Translations under genes and position numbers: made by a program
Notes under the pieces: model-generated
What the model was told of the DNA's origin: nothing
The model's input: the letters and a program-made list of their open reading frames with translations, nothing else
Database searches by the model: none
Origin: an uncultured bacterium
GTDB lineage: Bacteria; Patescibacteriota; Patescibacteriia; Patescibacteriales; UBA12465
Assembly: GCA_942492765.1 (NCBI GenBank)
Contig: OW818634.1
Coordinates: 409,159-473,158 of the forward strand
Length of the DNA: 64,000 nt
Reading direction: 5' to 3'
In this document: positions 7,993-16,722 of the stretch, in pieces
Position numbering within the stretch: position 1 is the stretch's first letter
Layout of the letters: every line of letters begins with the position of its first letter

Positions 7993-9375
7993 TTAAAAAA
8001 CTAACTTGCTATTCAAGCTGACAATCGCCTCAATCTCTTCCATGTTCAGATATTCCTGGTTGGCGGTCTTGCGCGCTTCGGCTACCTGCTTCATGGGCTG
8101 GCCTTTAGCGATCGCTTCTTGGCCTAAGCGCAGATACAGGCGGCTGACCGGACTCTGGCGCCAAGCGCGGACGCCGGCGACCATCTTATCATAACCATCC
8201 TTCTCTAATAATTTTATCTTGGAAAAAACTTTAGAGGTTATCTCAGCTGGAGTCGCGCCTAAGCGGCGGAAATTTACCACATCCAAGAATTGCAATTCTT
8301 CAATCGGACCCATGACTTTGGGCATCGGCTTGATATCATGCATCTGCGGGCGGGCGGCTGAAGGAGCGGGTGCCTGTTTGCCAGCTAAAGTACGCGCGGC
8401 GGCCATAGAAATCGGAGGCGTCGGAACGGCTTTAACGGCGGCGGGAGTTGCAGCTGATTTAGGCGCGATAGCGGCGGCCGGAGCAACTTTGAGAGCAGAA
8501 GCGGGAATAATGATCTTCGGGGCGATTGGAGCAGCGGCGACGGCCGGGGCTTTGGGAGCTGCTACCGTAGCCGCAGCGGCTATCGGCTTCTCTTCAACTT
8601 TCGGCTTAATATCTAATTTAGGCTTAGGCAGGTCTAATTGTTCTTCCGGTTCAGGCAGTTCATGCTTCGTATCTAGAGCCTGAGGAATGATGGATTTAGT
8701 TTCTCCCTTAGCTAAAGCTTGTTTAAGATTATACTCTGAACTTATCGGAGCGGATGCTTTATCGGCGCTGCCGATAATCTTATCTAGGCGCGTCACTGGC
8801 GGCATGGCGACTGGGGCGGATTGAGTGGAAACAGCTGGAGTGATCAGGCCTTTAGAAATCCGAGTGTCGCAGATCTTCAAGACGCGATCAATCTCTTCCG
8901 GACTTAGATTAAGGCCTCCAATCTTAACGTCTTTAGATAAAGTATTACGCGTATCTATCTTGCTCCTGATGCCGCGCGCATAAGTAGAAACGATATTCTT
9001 AAAACGGCTGATAGCGACGGCGCTCGGCAAAACTAAACCCGCTTCCTTAATCACCACTTCAATATCCTTATCAAGATCTAGGGCGCGTATTTCCGAAACC
9101 AGTCCTAAATAGTCGGCCATGGACGCGAATATTTTCTCTTTCAATTCTTTAACGAGCTGAGCCGCCATTTCCGGAGTCAATAATAATTCTCCGGTCAGGT
9201 AAGCCGGCAAATCTGAGAATTTTAAACTTTTGACCATCAACTTCATGACGACGATGGCCAAGTCAACCTTATATTTAGCCTCTAGCTCGGAAATTTTGGC
9301 CATGGCTGACGGCGAAGAAACCTGATCGCGCAGGTTTTTAGGAAGATTATTGAATTGTTGTAAATAGTCGAACAT
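7993..9375 (-). CDS. Hypothetical protein with a long central Ala/Pro/Lys-rich linker, first gene of the T4SS-like cluster
   Basis: 460-aa ORF with a low-complexity AP-rich middle (PKAPAVAAAPIAPK...). Antisense ORFs in this region are GC/Ala-repeat shadows. Confidence 0.6.
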   Translation of the reverse strand: MFDYLQQFNNLPKNLRDQVSSPSAMAKISELEAKYKVDLAIVVMKLMVKSLKFSDLPAYLTGELLLTPEMAAQLVKELKEKIFASMADYLGLVSEIRALDLDKDIEVVIKEAGLVLPSAVAISRFKNIVSTYARGIRSKIDTRNTLSKDVKIGGLNLSPEEIDRVLKICDTRISKGLITPAVSTQSAPVAMPPVTRLDKIIGSADKASAPISSEYNLKQALAKGETKSIIPQALDTKHELPEPEEQLDLPKPKLDIKPKVEEKPIAAAATVAAPKAPAVAAAPIAPKIIIPASALKVAPAAAIAPKSAATPAAVKAVPTPPISMAAARTLAGKQAPAPSAARPQMHDIKPMPKVMGPIEELQFLDVVNFRRLGATPAEITSKVFSKIKLLEKDGYDKMVAGVRAWRQSPVSRLYLRLGQEAIAKGQPMKQVAEARKTANQEYLNMEEIEAIVSLNSKLVF

Positions 9376-9425
9376 CTTTTTCTATTTTAACATATTATGC
9401 CAAAAAGAGAAAGGAAAATAAGCGG

Positions 9426-10364
9426 CTAGAGAGTCGTTATCGGGCGGCTCTGAGTTATATAGAATTTGCCCTGTTTATAGGCCCATTCGATATCGCAGGG
9501 AAACTTATAATGCTTCTCAATGCCGACACATATCCTAGCCAACTCCACTATTCTTGGGCCATTCAATTTCTGCTTAGCCTGTCCCGATTTAGCAATCGGA
9601 ACCCATTTGGTTCCGCCGGCAGAGCCCTTGATAATCTGCCTGGCCTGAGAGGCTACGTTTATATCAATAAGCGAATAGTCGCGCTTATCCAGCACATAAG
9701 AATCCGGGGTTATCGACCCGGAAACAATCGCTTCTCCTAGGCCGTATCCGGCTTCGATGATCATCTGATTCTTATCTTTGGTCACGGGGTGGACAGTAAA
9801 GGCGATGCCGGAAATCTCTGAATCGATCATAACTTGGACTACGACCGCAACGCCGACTTTTGTCTTCAATAATTTTTTCTCGTGGCGATAAAAGATGGCG
9901 CGCGGCGTGAATAATGAGGACCAGCATTTCTTGACGTTAGCCAGTAAAGTCTTGTTTGTCGTGTTCAGGTATGTTTCCAGTTCCCCGGCCCAAGAGGCTG
10001 ACGACGAATCTTCGGCCGTAGCGCTAGAACGGACCGCGACAAACTTGGCCTTCAGCTTCTTAAAATCACTGACAATATCTTTTTCCAAGTCGACAGGCAT
10101 CTTGGCAGCGGCGACCAGGTTGCGAATTTTTGCGGAAGCGCCATCGACGGAATTTATATCTTTATAATTCACTTTCTTCAAGATCGCTTCTAATTCTTGG
10201 GTCAGATCAGTTTCAGCGAGAAAACGATTAAAAGCCGAGGCTAAAATAACGAAACCCGAAGGAACCGGAATCTTAGCTTTAGTCATTTCTCCAAGAGAGG
10301 CTCCCTTGCCGCCAGCTTCGGCAACAGAATTTTTAGTAATCCGACTAAATGGCTTAATATACAT
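9426..10364 (-). CDS. Stand-alone PEP/pyruvate-binding ATP-grasp domain protein (PPDK_N, N-terminal domain of PEP synthase / rifampin-phosphotransferase-type enzymes)
   Basis: Contains GGKGASLGEM and VAVRSSATAEDS, and ends at ...YITQSRPITTL. No swivel-His or TIM-barrel domain in this ORF. Confidence 0.8.
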   Translation of the reverse strand: MYIKPFSRITKNSVAEAGGKGASLGEMTKAKIPVPSGFVILASAFNRFLAETDLTQELEAILKKVNYKDINSVDGASAKIRNLVAAAKMPVDLEKDIVSDFKKLKAKFVAVRSSATAEDSSSASWAGELETYLNTTNKTLLANVKKCWSSLFTPRAIFYRHEKKLLKTKVGVAVVVQVMIDSEISGIAFTVHPVTKDKNQMIIEAGYGLGEAIVSGSITPDSYVLDKRDYSLIDINVASQARQIIKGSAGGTKWVPIAKSGQAKQKLNGPRIVELARICVGIEKHYKFPCDIEWAYKQGKFYITQSRPITTL

Positions 10365-10435
10365 ATCATTATTATTTACTTATATTAATATTAGCATAAA
10401 ATAACCAAAAAATGTAATTAATCAGACTTAAATTA

Positions 10436-10464
10436 TTGACAAGATTACAATAATATTATAAAAT
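10436..10464 (+). promoter_or_regulatory. Sigma70-type promoter TTGACA-N17-TAAAAT
   Basis: TTGACA at 10436-10441, a 17-nt spacer, TAAAAT at 10459-10464. It lies about 80 nt upstream of the phosphatase gene. Confidence 0.55.
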
Positions 10465-10544
10465 ATTAGGAATATTTAGAACTTTAATAACAAACAAATC
10501 ACCTCATAAACCTCTGGTCCCGTAGTTAACGGGTCTATTACTTG

Positions 10545-11144
10545 ATGAAAACTTTAGCAATAATTCGTCACGGACGGAAAGACAAAGATGGAACTTTGGT
10601 CGATAAGGATCAGCTCGCTGAGATTGAAAACATCGGAATTGCCAGCTTAAATGGTTTAGTCAAGAAACACAAAGGCTTAGTTGTATTCCATCTGGGAACA
10701 GCCCTCGAAAGGACAGGACAAACCATAAAGGCTTACGAAAGACATCTCGATATATCTAACGCGATTAATTCTTTCGGCGGCTACTTACCGGCTGATGCCC
10801 GCTTAGGAAGCAATAAGATTTTTAAAGAATTCAGCGAGAATCCCGAAATCGTCAAAGAAGCGGAAAGGACTACTTGGTTCAATGCTTTTAGGAGACATAA
10901 TCCGAAATTCATCGAGAAGATACAAATTAACATGCTCGATGCGATTACAGACATATTCTCGCGTGTCGATGACGGCAGCTTAGTTATTAGCTCCAGCCAT
11001 ACGCCCATGATCGAATGGCTCGCCCTTGGCATTGACGAGAACGACCATAAAATTTCTTGCAAAATTCAACTTAAGGAATTGACCGGCTTCATCTTTACTG
11101 AAGACAAGGGGCGCATCCAGGTTGCAGGAACTATCGGATTTTAA
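10545..11144 (+). CDS. Histidine phosphatase superfamily protein (phosphoglycerate-mutase-like)
   Basis: RHG catalytic motif (LAIIRHGRKD) near the N-terminus and a second His in SSSHTPMIEW. ATG at 10545; the track uses TTG at 10542. Confidence 0.75.
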   Translation: MKTLAIIRHGRKDKDGTLVDKDQLAEIENIGIASLNGLVKKHKGLVVFHLGTALERTGQTIKAYERHLDISNAINSFGGYLPADARLGSNKIFKEFSENPEIVKEAERTTWFNAFRRHNPKFIEKIQINMLDAITDIFSRVDDGSLVISSSHTPMIEWLALGIDENDHKISCKIQLKELTGFIFTEDKGRIQVAGTIGF

Positions 11145-11170
11145 ATGGCCCAAAGAAAAATGATGACAAA

Positions 11171-11196
11171 ACCGACACCAAAAGTGCCGGTTTTTT
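11171..11196 (+). terminator. Putative rho-independent terminator after the phosphatase gene
   Basis: Imperfect hairpin ACCGACAC...GTGCCGGT followed by TTTTTTATTTT. Confidence 0.4.
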
Positions 11197-11199
11197 ATT

Positions 11200-13074
11200 T
11201 TATTTTATTATCCTCACTATTCCTTTATCCGCATCGACTTCGACGAGGTCGCCATCTTTCAGGACTTTAGTCGCGATCCTGGTGGCGATGACGCAGGGCA
11301 CGTTCATTTCGCGGGCGACGATGGCCGCATGCGAAGTTACTCCGCCTTGATCGGTCACGAAAGCTCCAGCTTTTTTCATGGCCGGCAATAAATCCGGTTG
11401 CGTCGAGATGGAAACGAGAATATCTCCTTTCTTCATCTTTTCCATATCGCGGATAACATTAACGATCCGAACGATCCCCTTGGCTTGTCCGCGGCAACCG
11501 CATTGCCCTTTCAGCTCTGAAACATCCCTGCTCTCATCTTTCTGGATATATTTCTTAATTATCTGCTCGGCTGCACGGCCGCTATAATAAACTTCGGTGT
11601 CTTTGGCCGTATAATACAAGCTGAGCTTAGCGCGAGATTTTATCTCTTCCTTGTCCAATTGATGATCGAACAGAGCCGCTTTTATCTCCTTCGAGGTCAT
11701 GAATCTCGTTTCTTTCAGGCTCAAACCGATACGCCTAGCTATCTCCTCCAAGAAGAAAGTCGTCTTATAAAGAGCGAAGAGCTGGGCATAGCGGCGATAT
11801 ATCTTCGTCACCATGAAATCGCCCCAGGCGCCGAAGAAACGAGTCGTCTTTTTTGATAGGCTCATTTTTTTGATGAGAGCCTGTTTGTCTGCCAGTACCA
11901 TCTTTATCTTTTTCTCTTGGTCTCCATAGGTTTTCTTGAGGTTATTGTCTCCATTAACTAAGCGGACTAACTCTTTCAGATAATGCTCAAAATTATAGAC
12001 GCCCTGCTCTTCAGTATAGATGAACTTGGTATAGAAATACTTGGCATAATGCTTCTGCAAATCATCTAATACCTTCCTATCGATCCGATTCTTGAGAGTC
12101 CGGACGACCTCCTCGAATTTATCCTCATACTCCTCGCTGTGGGTATATAGGCCGAAGAATTTAACATCTTCTTCTTTGAACTTCCTGAATAATTCCTTGA
12201 AAATGGAAAATTGCTTGGGATCAGACTGGACAGCAATACCGATCTTAATCAGAGCATCTTGCTCTTCTTTCAAGAGCGAATCCTGTTCCGGCTGAGTAAG
12301 CAGGGCGAGATATTCCTCAATTTTCGCAACCGGAGCCTTCAGTTCTCTTAGCATCTGCTTGCCGCGATTAGTCAGATTATCGCCGAACATATCGGCGGCT
12401 ACCGGAATCCAACCCCATTGATAATATGCCTGATGCACTTCTTCATGCTCCTTATAGTAGCGCCACAGCTTCTCTGAAGATACCTTATCCAGACCGCTTT
12501 CAGGAATCTTAGCGACCGTAGCGACTAGCTTATCGGCGAAAAGTCTTATCTGAGAATTAACCTCTTCCATGAAATCGACGTCGCTCTCGAACTTGTCGAC
12601 TAAATGGTCGCCTACGGCCTGCGCGTCCTGCTTATCAAAATAGAACCAGAGATGATAGCCCCGATAAACGCAAGCTTGATGCTGATAGGCTTTCCCGCCT
12701 GGCTGAGCGAATTGATTCGTAAAGCAATAAAAAGGGATGGCCATGAACCAGGGGTTAGCGTTGATGATCTCTTCGGCTAACAGCCATTCACGATTAAATA
12801 TCTTCTCGACTTCTGCGCCTTTATTCTTCTGGAAAAGATTGATAAGCTCCGGCCCGATCGCATAATCGGTATTGAAGGAATAGCTTTTCTTCCTATTTTT
12901 AAGTTCTTGCGCGATTATGCCTTCCTTAATCAGCTTATCCAGTTCGCGGGTGATATTGGCCGCATCTTTCTTGACAGCCTCTCTTATTTCTAAAAAATAA
13001 AAAGACCGCTTCGGGCTGGCGGTCAGAAGCATCAATATCTCATAAGCGGTCTGCGATTTGAATAGATTCTTCAT
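11200..13074 (-). CDS. Winged-helix (ArsR/MarR-like) domain, helical central domain and PEP-utilizer phosphohistidine swivel domain fusion protein
   Basis: N-terminus has YEILMLLTASPKRSFYFLEIREAVKKDAANITRELDKLIKEGII. C-terminus has GGVTSHAAIVAREMNVPCV, matching the PEP-enzyme phosphorylation-site pattern. ATG at 13074 is preferred over TTG at 13095. Confidence 0.8.
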   Translation of the reverse strand: MKNLFKSQTAYEILMLLTASPKRSFYFLEIREAVKKDAANITRELDKLIKEGIIAQELKNRKKSYSFNTDYAIGPELINLFQKNKGAEVEKIFNREWLLAEEIINANPWFMAIPFYCFTNQFAQPGGKAYQHQACVYRGYHLWFYFDKQDAQAVGDHLVDKFESDVDFMEEVNSQIRLFADKLVATVAKIPESGLDKVSSEKLWRYYKEHEEVHQAYYQWGWIPVAADMFGDNLTNRGKQMLRELKAPVAKIEEYLALLTQPEQDSLLKEEQDALIKIGIAVQSDPKQFSIFKELFRKFKEEDVKFFGLYTHSEEYEDKFEEVVRTLKNRIDRKVLDDLQKHYAKYFYTKFIYTEEQGVYNFEHYLKELVRLVNGDNNLKKTYGDQEKKIKMVLADKQALIKKMSLSKKTTRFFGAWGDFMVTKIYRRYAQLFALYKTTFFLEEIARRIGLSLKETRFMTSKEIKAALFDHQLDKEEIKSRAKLSLYYTAKDTEVYYSGRAAEQIIKKYIQKDESRDVSELKGQCGCRGQAKGIVRIVNVIRDMEKMKKGDILVSISTQPDLLPAMKKAGAFVTDQGGVTSHAAIVAREMNVPCVIATRIATKVLKDGDLVEVDADKGIVRIIK

Positions 13075-13082
13075 ATATATAT

Positions 13083-13117
13083 GTCTTGAAGACAATAATT
13101 ATTGTCTATAAGACAAT
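13083..13117. promoter_or_regulatory. Two inverted repeats sharing TGTCT-N3-AGACA, a candidate operator
   Basis: TGTCTtgaAGACA at 13083-13095 and ATTGTCTataAGACAAT at 13101-13117. The centres are 20 bp apart, immediately upstream of the wHTH-fusion gene. Confidence 0.4.
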
Positions 13118-13139
13118 ATTATCACGGAAAATAATCCTG

Positions 13140-14726
13140 TCAACCTTTTTTCTTCTTCATTAAACGCACTATTCCCTGCTCCGCGTCCATCTCTACCGAA
13201 TCGCCATCGCGGAGAACTTTAGTCGCCACCTTAGTGCCGACGATACACGGAATCCTTAATTCTCTGGAAACGATAGCAGCATGGCAGGTAATGCCGCCAG
13301 CGTCGGTAATGATTGCCGCCGCCCTCTTCATAGCCGGAACCAAATCCGGCGTAGTTGCTATCGAGACCAAGATATCGCCCTTCTTCATCTTAGGAATATC
13401 GCTAGGAATATTAATGACTTTGATCGCGCCCCTAGCCTTGCCCGGAAAAGCGCAGTCACCCGACAGTGAATTGACATTCTTGATATTCTCTCTGATGATA
13501 TTCAGGCGGGCCGATATCTTTCTCGCTTCTGCTCCGCTCACATTCAGATCATCCTTGAAATCCCCGACAGAATAATACAGATTGAACTTATATCTTTCAT
13601 TCAAGATAGCAACATCAAAATTATTGCCCAAGAGGAGCTCCTTGAACTCATGCGGATAAAGATAGCGGACTTGGCGGATAGCTAGGTAGCGGCGGCGGCC
13701 GATTTCCTTGAATAATCTCTCGACTATCGACCAGCTATGGAACATGGAATCCTTTCTAGTCCCCTTGGTAAACACGAGATTCCTAGCAAAAGCTAATATC
13801 TCTTCGTGCTTCTTATCTATCTTGAGGTCGCGGACTAATTTCTTCTGCCTATTCAATATTTCTTGCCGACCAGCTTTCACGCCTTGCAGGGCCTTCTGGG
13901 GATTCACACCCTGCCTAGCCAGGCTTGATAGGATATCGATAAAATACTCTCTTCCCCAAGACGGCCCGACCATGCCATAACCAAGCCAGCCGAAAGATTC
14001 GGCATGCCGGCTAATCATCGAATCTAATCTCTTATCTAATTTTAACAATTTCCTGTCGATATCTTCTACGCCATGCTTGGCAAAGATTTTCTTCAAAGCC
14101 GGCTTACTAATGATGTGTCCCAATATCGACAGAAGTTGTTTATATTCTTCAGAGGCCTTAGCGTCCCTAGTCGGCGTCGTGAGAGTAGAGAAAGCTTCAC
14201 CCAAAGAATAATCTTGACCGGCAATCCTATCTTTAAGGTAATTCCTCAGATATTTAGAGAGGATACTCTCCCCAAAATCAGCCGCCGTCTGCATCCAATG
14301 AAGGACATGCAGGCGGCTATAGATAGCATAGTATTTATCATAAACCTTGAATAATCCCTTGTCGGAGAGCTTGGTTAAATTTATCTTATTCAAGCTGTCA
14401 GAGGAGCGATACAGCTCATCTTCTGCTTTTTCAAGATCTTTAAGATAACGATTGCCCCATTTCGGGTTCTTCTTAATATTCTCCAATAGCTCTAAACCGA
14501 TCTCTTTGAATTCCTGCCGAGCCACTAGCAACTGGCAGATATTATCCTGGAAGATCATTGCTAAGCAGGACATCTTTCTTCTAAAGCCATAACTTTTAAG
14601 AAACCTGTTCGCCCGGGCCGTGTTCCAAGCAATACCAGCCATCATTGGATAATAATTCGGCATTTCCTCCATACAGAAGAGTTCTTGGCGGCTGACGGAA
14701 ATATTTTTACGCTTACGGCTGTTCAT
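13140..14726 (-). CDS. PEP-utilizer swivel-domain protein, paralog 2 (helical N-terminal region plus phosphohistidine domain)
   Basis: C-terminus has KGDILVSIATTPDLVPAM...GGITCHAAIVSRELRIPCIVGT. No ATP-grasp or TIM-barrel domain. Confidence 0.8.
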   Translation of the reverse strand: MNSRKRKNISVSRQELFCMEEMPNYYPMMAGIAWNTARANRFLKSYGFRRKMSCLAMIFQDNICQLLVARQEFKEIGLELLENIKKNPKWGNRYLKDLEKAEDELYRSSDSLNKINLTKLSDKGLFKVYDKYYAIYSRLHVLHWMQTAADFGESILSKYLRNYLKDRIAGQDYSLGEAFSTLTTPTRDAKASEEYKQLLSILGHIISKPALKKIFAKHGVEDIDRKLLKLDKRLDSMISRHAESFGWLGYGMVGPSWGREYFIDILSSLARQGVNPQKALQGVKAGRQEILNRQKKLVRDLKIDKKHEEILAFARNLVFTKGTRKDSMFHSWSIVERLFKEIGRRRYLAIRQVRYLYPHEFKELLLGNNFDVAILNERYKFNLYYSVGDFKDDLNVSGAEARKISARLNIIRENIKNVNSLSGDCAFPGKARGAIKVINIPSDIPKMKKGDILVSIATTPDLVPAMKRAAAIITDAGGITCHAAIVSRELRIPCIVGTKVATKVLRDGDSVEMDAEQGIVRLMKKKKG

Positions 14727-14739
14727 ATGTTTAGCAAAA

Positions 14740-16251
14740 TTATCTTATCCTCTTTATCACTTTTACTATTCCTTTTCTGGCGTCGACTTCTACTATATCG
14801 CCGTCTTTCAAAATTCGCGTAGCGATTTTTGTGCCGATAATGCAGGGAATCTTCATCTCCCTAGAGACGATAGCGGCATGGCAGGTGACTCCGCCGGCAT
14901 CAGTAATGATAGCGCTAGCGCGATTCATGGCCGGCACCAATGACGGATTAGTAGAAAAACTGACTAGAATATCACCTTTGTTAAATTTCTTAATATCGGC
15001 AACAGCATTGATAATCTTGACTGCGCCCCGCACGCGACCAGGAAAAGATACTTGGCCGGTAAAAATATCCACATTAGTCTTGATGAGTTTCGGCATCTGT
15101 ATATATCTAACCATACTTTCAGCTTCTTTCCCTACCAAGACACGGCTTTTACCCTTAATAGTTACGAAAGCGGAAAGATGGAATCTCTCGGGCAATTCTT
15201 CAGCTCTCGGCCGGCGCCCAGAACGCAAGAATCCTCTAATTTCTTCTGGGGTAAAATATTTCGCTTGTGTCTGAGAACAGAAAAGACGGCGCCCTAATTC
15301 TGTAAACCATGAGCTCATCGCATAATTCAGATAATATATCTGCATCTCTTTGCGCAATTCCTTGATAAAAGAAAATTCGCGTAATAGGCGGATGTCATGA
15401 CGGGCGGAAACCGATAACGAACTTTCAATCCTCTTCTGCCAAGCGCCTAATTTTTCCCTCTCTCGCTTATTAGCCGACAGGATCTTTCCCGCTTTATCTC
15501 CTGCCCTGCCTTTCAATAATTCGAAATAATACTCTGGTCCGGCAGCCTGGCCGTCATAATAATATTGCAACCAGCCGAAGCGCCTAGACAATGATTGCAA
15601 CTGGCGGCGCTGAGAAATATTATCCAGGTTAGCAAGCTTCGAAGCTCTTTTAAAGACGCGCCATAGCTTCGGCTGTCTCTGCCAGCGCGCTAATAATCCT
15701 AAAGCTGCCTCAGCTTCGCGACGGACATAGGTGGCTTTGAGAGGAGTTAATAAGCGGCTAAAAATTACGCCAGGATCGCCAAAAGCAGATAGCGAGCCGC
15801 GAATATTTTTCTCTACGAACACAGAATATTTATTATCGCCCATGTCCACATATTGCGGGATAGCAGACCAATCAGCTATCTCCAGCCAGATGCGACAAAA
15901 ATCGTCATAAATCTTGCTTAATCCACGCGGTGACATCTTTTTTAAGTCTTTGTGCTTGAGGCTAGAGACAAATCTTGTGATTTTAGCAAAACCAATATAA
16001 TGCTGCCGCACGATTTCTTCCGCCAAAGTTGAGTCAGCCTGCAAGCGCGGCAAAAAATAAGCGCCGGCGGCGGAAAATTGGCTAACATCCGGAGCCCAGA
16101 GCGCCTTACCTTCCTGAAAAATGAATATGGAATCGATAAATATCTTCCCTTTGGTCTTCAAACGCAGATCATAAAAAGTCTTATTCCAAAGGAGCCAAGG
16201 ATGCGGCGGCACGTTATAATCTTCCGTAAAGAGAGTAAATTTTTTGGACAT
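14740..16251 (-). CDS. PEP-utilizer swivel-domain protein, paralog 3
   Basis: C-terminus has KGDILVSFSTNPSLVPAM...GGVTCHAAIVSREMKIPCIIGT. It lies 13 nt upstream of paralog 2. Confidence 0.8.
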   Translation of the reverse strand: MSKKFTLFTEDYNVPPHPWLLWNKTFYDLRLKTKGKIFIDSIFIFQEGKALWAPDVSQFSAAGAYFLPRLQADSTLAEEIVRQHYIGFAKITRFVSSLKHKDLKKMSPRGLSKIYDDFCRIWLEIADWSAIPQYVDMGDNKYSVFVEKNIRGSLSAFGDPGVIFSRLLTPLKATYVRREAEAALGLLARWQRQPKLWRVFKRASKLANLDNISQRRQLQSLSRRFGWLQYYYDGQAAGPEYYFELLKGRAGDKAGKILSANKREREKLGAWQKRIESSLSVSARHDIRLLREFSFIKELRKEMQIYYLNYAMSSWFTELGRRLFCSQTQAKYFTPEEIRGFLRSGRRPRAEELPERFHLSAFVTIKGKSRVLVGKEAESMVRYIQMPKLIKTNVDIFTGQVSFPGRVRGAVKIINAVADIKKFNKGDILVSFSTNPSLVPAMNRASAIITDAGGVTCHAAIVSREMKIPCIIGTKIATRILKDGDIVEVDARKGIVKVIKRIR

Positions 16252-16263
16252 ATTTTAATATTC

Positions 16264-16674
16264 CTAGACTCGACAAAAACTCGACTTATACTTTTCCGGA
16301 TGATGAGCCTTTAGTCTTTTTATCTTACAGGAAAAGCGAAATCCGGCGATTTCGCTTTTTAATTGCGGCAAATCAACTTGCTGATCATAGCCTAAGCAGA
16401 TTATCTCCGGACGATATTTTTTCAGGATAAGCCAGCGGTTCTTAAGATTTCCTAAAACAGCCCTCCCTGTTATACCTAGCTCTTTGAGGGCGCGTCTAAC
16501 CTTACGCTGGCGAGTCTTCTCGTCATCTTGCGGCGCACGTTTCTTAATCACCAAGACATTCTTGTCGCGGGCAATTATGACTATCAGCTCATCGCCAAAA
16601 AGGCGAGCCTGTTTGAAATAATCCAAGTGCCCAGGATGAAGATTGTCGAATGTTCCGAAAGTCATGACGCGCAT
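16264..16674 (-). CDS. Cytidylyltransferase-fold nucleotidyltransferase (RibL/TagD-like)
   Basis: N-terminus is TFGTFDNLHPGHLDYF (the HxGH motif). 136 aa. Confidence 0.7.
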   Translation of the reverse strand: MRVMTFGTFDNLHPGHLDYFKQARLFGDELIVIIARDKNVLVIKKRAPQDDEKTRQRKVRRALKELGITGRAVLGNLKNRWLILKKYRPEIICLGYDQQVDLPQLKSEIAGFRFSCKIKRLKAHHPEKYKSSFCRV

Positions 16675-16680
16675 AATAGA

Positions 16681-16716
16681 GACAAAACACCACTCTTCAC
16701 AGAGCGGTGTTTTTAT
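16681..16716 (-). terminator. Hairpin terminator/attenuator downstream of metK
   Basis: 10-bp stem, 16687-16696 paired with 16701-16710 (one G-U pair), with a tetraloop and flanking U-rich sequence. Confidence 0.5.
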
Positions 16717-16722
16717 TGTTCT

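Noticed and set aside
8219-8683. Long antisense or alternative-frame ORFs inside large genes, for example 8219..8683, 30302..30790, 62464..63000, 22536..22994, 36423..36836, 47091..47516, 3933..4298 and 45738..46055
   Set aside because: All lie within confidently assigned genes on the opposite strand or in another frame. They have low-complexity or Arg/Ser/Ala-skewed composition, which is typical of shadow ORFs.
10500-10544. Small hairpin (CCCGT-AGTTA-ACGGG) just before the histidine phosphatase start, considered as a riboswitch or RBS-sequestering element
   Set aside because: The stem is only 5-6 bp, there is no recognisable riboswitch consensus, and the leader is too short for a known aptamer.
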